This document shows, one piece after another, positions 62,508-64,000 of a DNA stretch of 64,000 nt. The translations under genes and the position numbers were made by a program. The stretch spans positions 1,050,004-1,114,003 of the forward strand of contig CAJINV010000012.1 in assembly GCA_905178155.1 (NCBI GenBank). The letters run 5' to 3'. Each line of letters begins with the position of its first letter. The stretch's first letter is position 1. The notes below the pieces were generated by a model that saw only the letters and a list, made by a program, of their open reading frames with translations, did no database searches and was not told where the DNA came from. Source of the DNA: Amoebophrya sp. A120 (lineage: Eukaryota > Protista > Dinoflagellata).

Positions 62508-63939
62508 CTACATCTCCACTGTGCTGCAGTTGTAGTTCCTCCTCACAAGACAAACAATTGCGGGCGGGATTTTAGTCTGCAGTACAGGTTCACAGTGAAG
62601 ACGCCGAATTTGCGCTGCTGGACTCGCAAAGAGCGACGTCTTTGGTAATACCAGGATACAAGAATCGAGGTAGTTCAGGTTTCTGTATCTCCATCTACTA
62701 TCATCTGTTATCGGATTTGTAACGCCCATGACGCAGGAGAATTTGACCCTGGTCAGCACGCACGAATAAAGAGCTGCTGCTTCTTCATGATCGTCGCATC
62801 GTTTTACTTCTCTCGCTTCATATTTCATCACTGTCGACGTTTTTCTTTATTCTTTTCCTGTTCATCTTCGAGGAATTCTCCTCCACCTCTACGCACGACA
62901 TCCTTTTTGATTCTTCACTCCGAGAGCGGTGAGAGCGAGCCCCGTATCAAATGCAAAAATGTCTGGGTCTGGAAACTTGTGATGTTGGGTGGCGTATCAT
63001 GAGGAGGCCACAAGTGCTGGCTCGGCATGAGAAGTTTCTAAGCCTCTAGGTGTAGGTGTTGCCTATTCTGTTTCTGCATGACAAACTGCGTCTCTGCATG
63101 ACAGAAAAAAGGCGCGCTTGGGTAACGCGCATGACAGATTTGAGAGTCATGCCAGACAAGCATGACAAACATGCATTCTTCCAGACCCCGACATTTTTAC
63201 ACTTGATACCCCGTCCGCTGGTACTATCAAAGTGGTTTTCGGCAACCGGAAAGTCGTCTTCTTCCAGAGAGATCGTTCCCTCATCCACGCTCTGCATGTT
63301 CTGCTTCAATTTCGACCACAAACTGTTAAAGGTGTCCAGCGTCTGTGCCGCAACCGCCTGACTTGCGGCGGAGGAGGTCGAAGGGGCGGTAGAAGCTGGC
63401 AGCTGCGCGACCACGTTGTCCTTGTTTGGGTCCTCCTGCTGTGGTCCAGCACGACTCCGGGTCGTCGTGTTCACCGCTGTGCATGATCCACCAAGACGAC
63501 CTCCACCGCCCGCTATACTACTTCTTTGATGCGGCTCCGTGAAGGGCTGCAGTACCTGCGTCTCGTTGACGAAAACGGGCAGCCTATCCTGATCAAAAAC
63601 ATCCCCACAGCACCAAAGTCAAGATGGGAAATCTGCTTGACAAATCACACAGCTTTGGTTGTTTGGCATGACAAGTTTGATGTCTCTTAGTGTGATCCTG
63701 TTTAGCTAGCTCAGAAGCATTACAGATCTACCACAGCATGCTGATCCTAGCATCACAAATCCCAAAACACGAATAGAAAATGCTTCATCCCATAGGACTC
63801 CGCATGAGAAACTTTTTTGGCATGCAGAATTGCATGACAACTCTGGGGTGGGTATGTTTTTACTCAGAATACAGCCACAGGTCCTCCGGCGTCCGAACCC
63901 AGCCGCGCCGGTACTCGCAGCAGGCAATCACTTCCTTGA
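62508..63939 (-). CDS. 3' portion of a hypothetical multi-exon gene entering from the right edge; 3' end uncertain
   Basis: Coding-like exons (e.g. QTLDTFNSLWSKLKQNMQSVDEG) separated by three introners. Confidence 0.5.
62945..63208. mobile_element. Introner family A
   Basis: Family A TIRs; DR CCCCG/CCCCG. Confidence 0.92.
63585..63871. mobile_element. Introner family G
   Basis: Family G TIRs; DR CAGCC/CAGCC. Confidence 0.92.
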
Positions 63940-64000
63940 TATCAACTGTAAAAGTGTCTGGGTCTGGAAGAATCCAACTTGTCATGCTGATTTTGGATTA
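63940..64000. mobile_element. Introner family A, truncated by window end
   Basis: TATCAACTGTAAAAGTGTCTGGGTCTGGAAG. Confidence 0.85.

Noticed and set aside
1320-63474. Recurring peptides such as CKNVWVWK, FQTQTYL, QKYRTR, KSVTVT in the ORF track
   Set aside because: Translations of introner TIRs, not a protein repeat family.

Overview
Eukaryotic (alveolate) genomic DNA, most likely from the syndinian parasite Amoebophrya or a relative (inference from the intron architecture). Every recognisable gene is on the minus strand: PP5 phosphatase (3'-truncated), CFAP74, ZMAT2/Snu23, a large uncharacterised signal-anchored protein, a small secreted protein, AP2-like fragments, NAE1/APPBP1, a pair of damaged paralogues and two unknown genes. 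The dominant feature is about 50 short (140-375 bp) elements in at least 10 terminal-inverted-repeat (TIR) families, labelled A-J here. Nearly all read TAT...ATA, have a 5-bp direct repeat (DR) on each side and sit inside coding exons. Wherever I checked by hand, removing the element plus one DR copy restores the reading frame, so they act as non-GT-AG introns (introner elements). They occur in both orientations, share a GCATNACAAA motif across families, and one has decayed into a GT-AG intron. One is interrupted by a 5.16-kb non-autonomous Helitron-like element (22538-27696), giving a ~5.4-kb non-canonical intron. No transposase was found. All coordinates were read by hand and exon structures need RNA confirmation.
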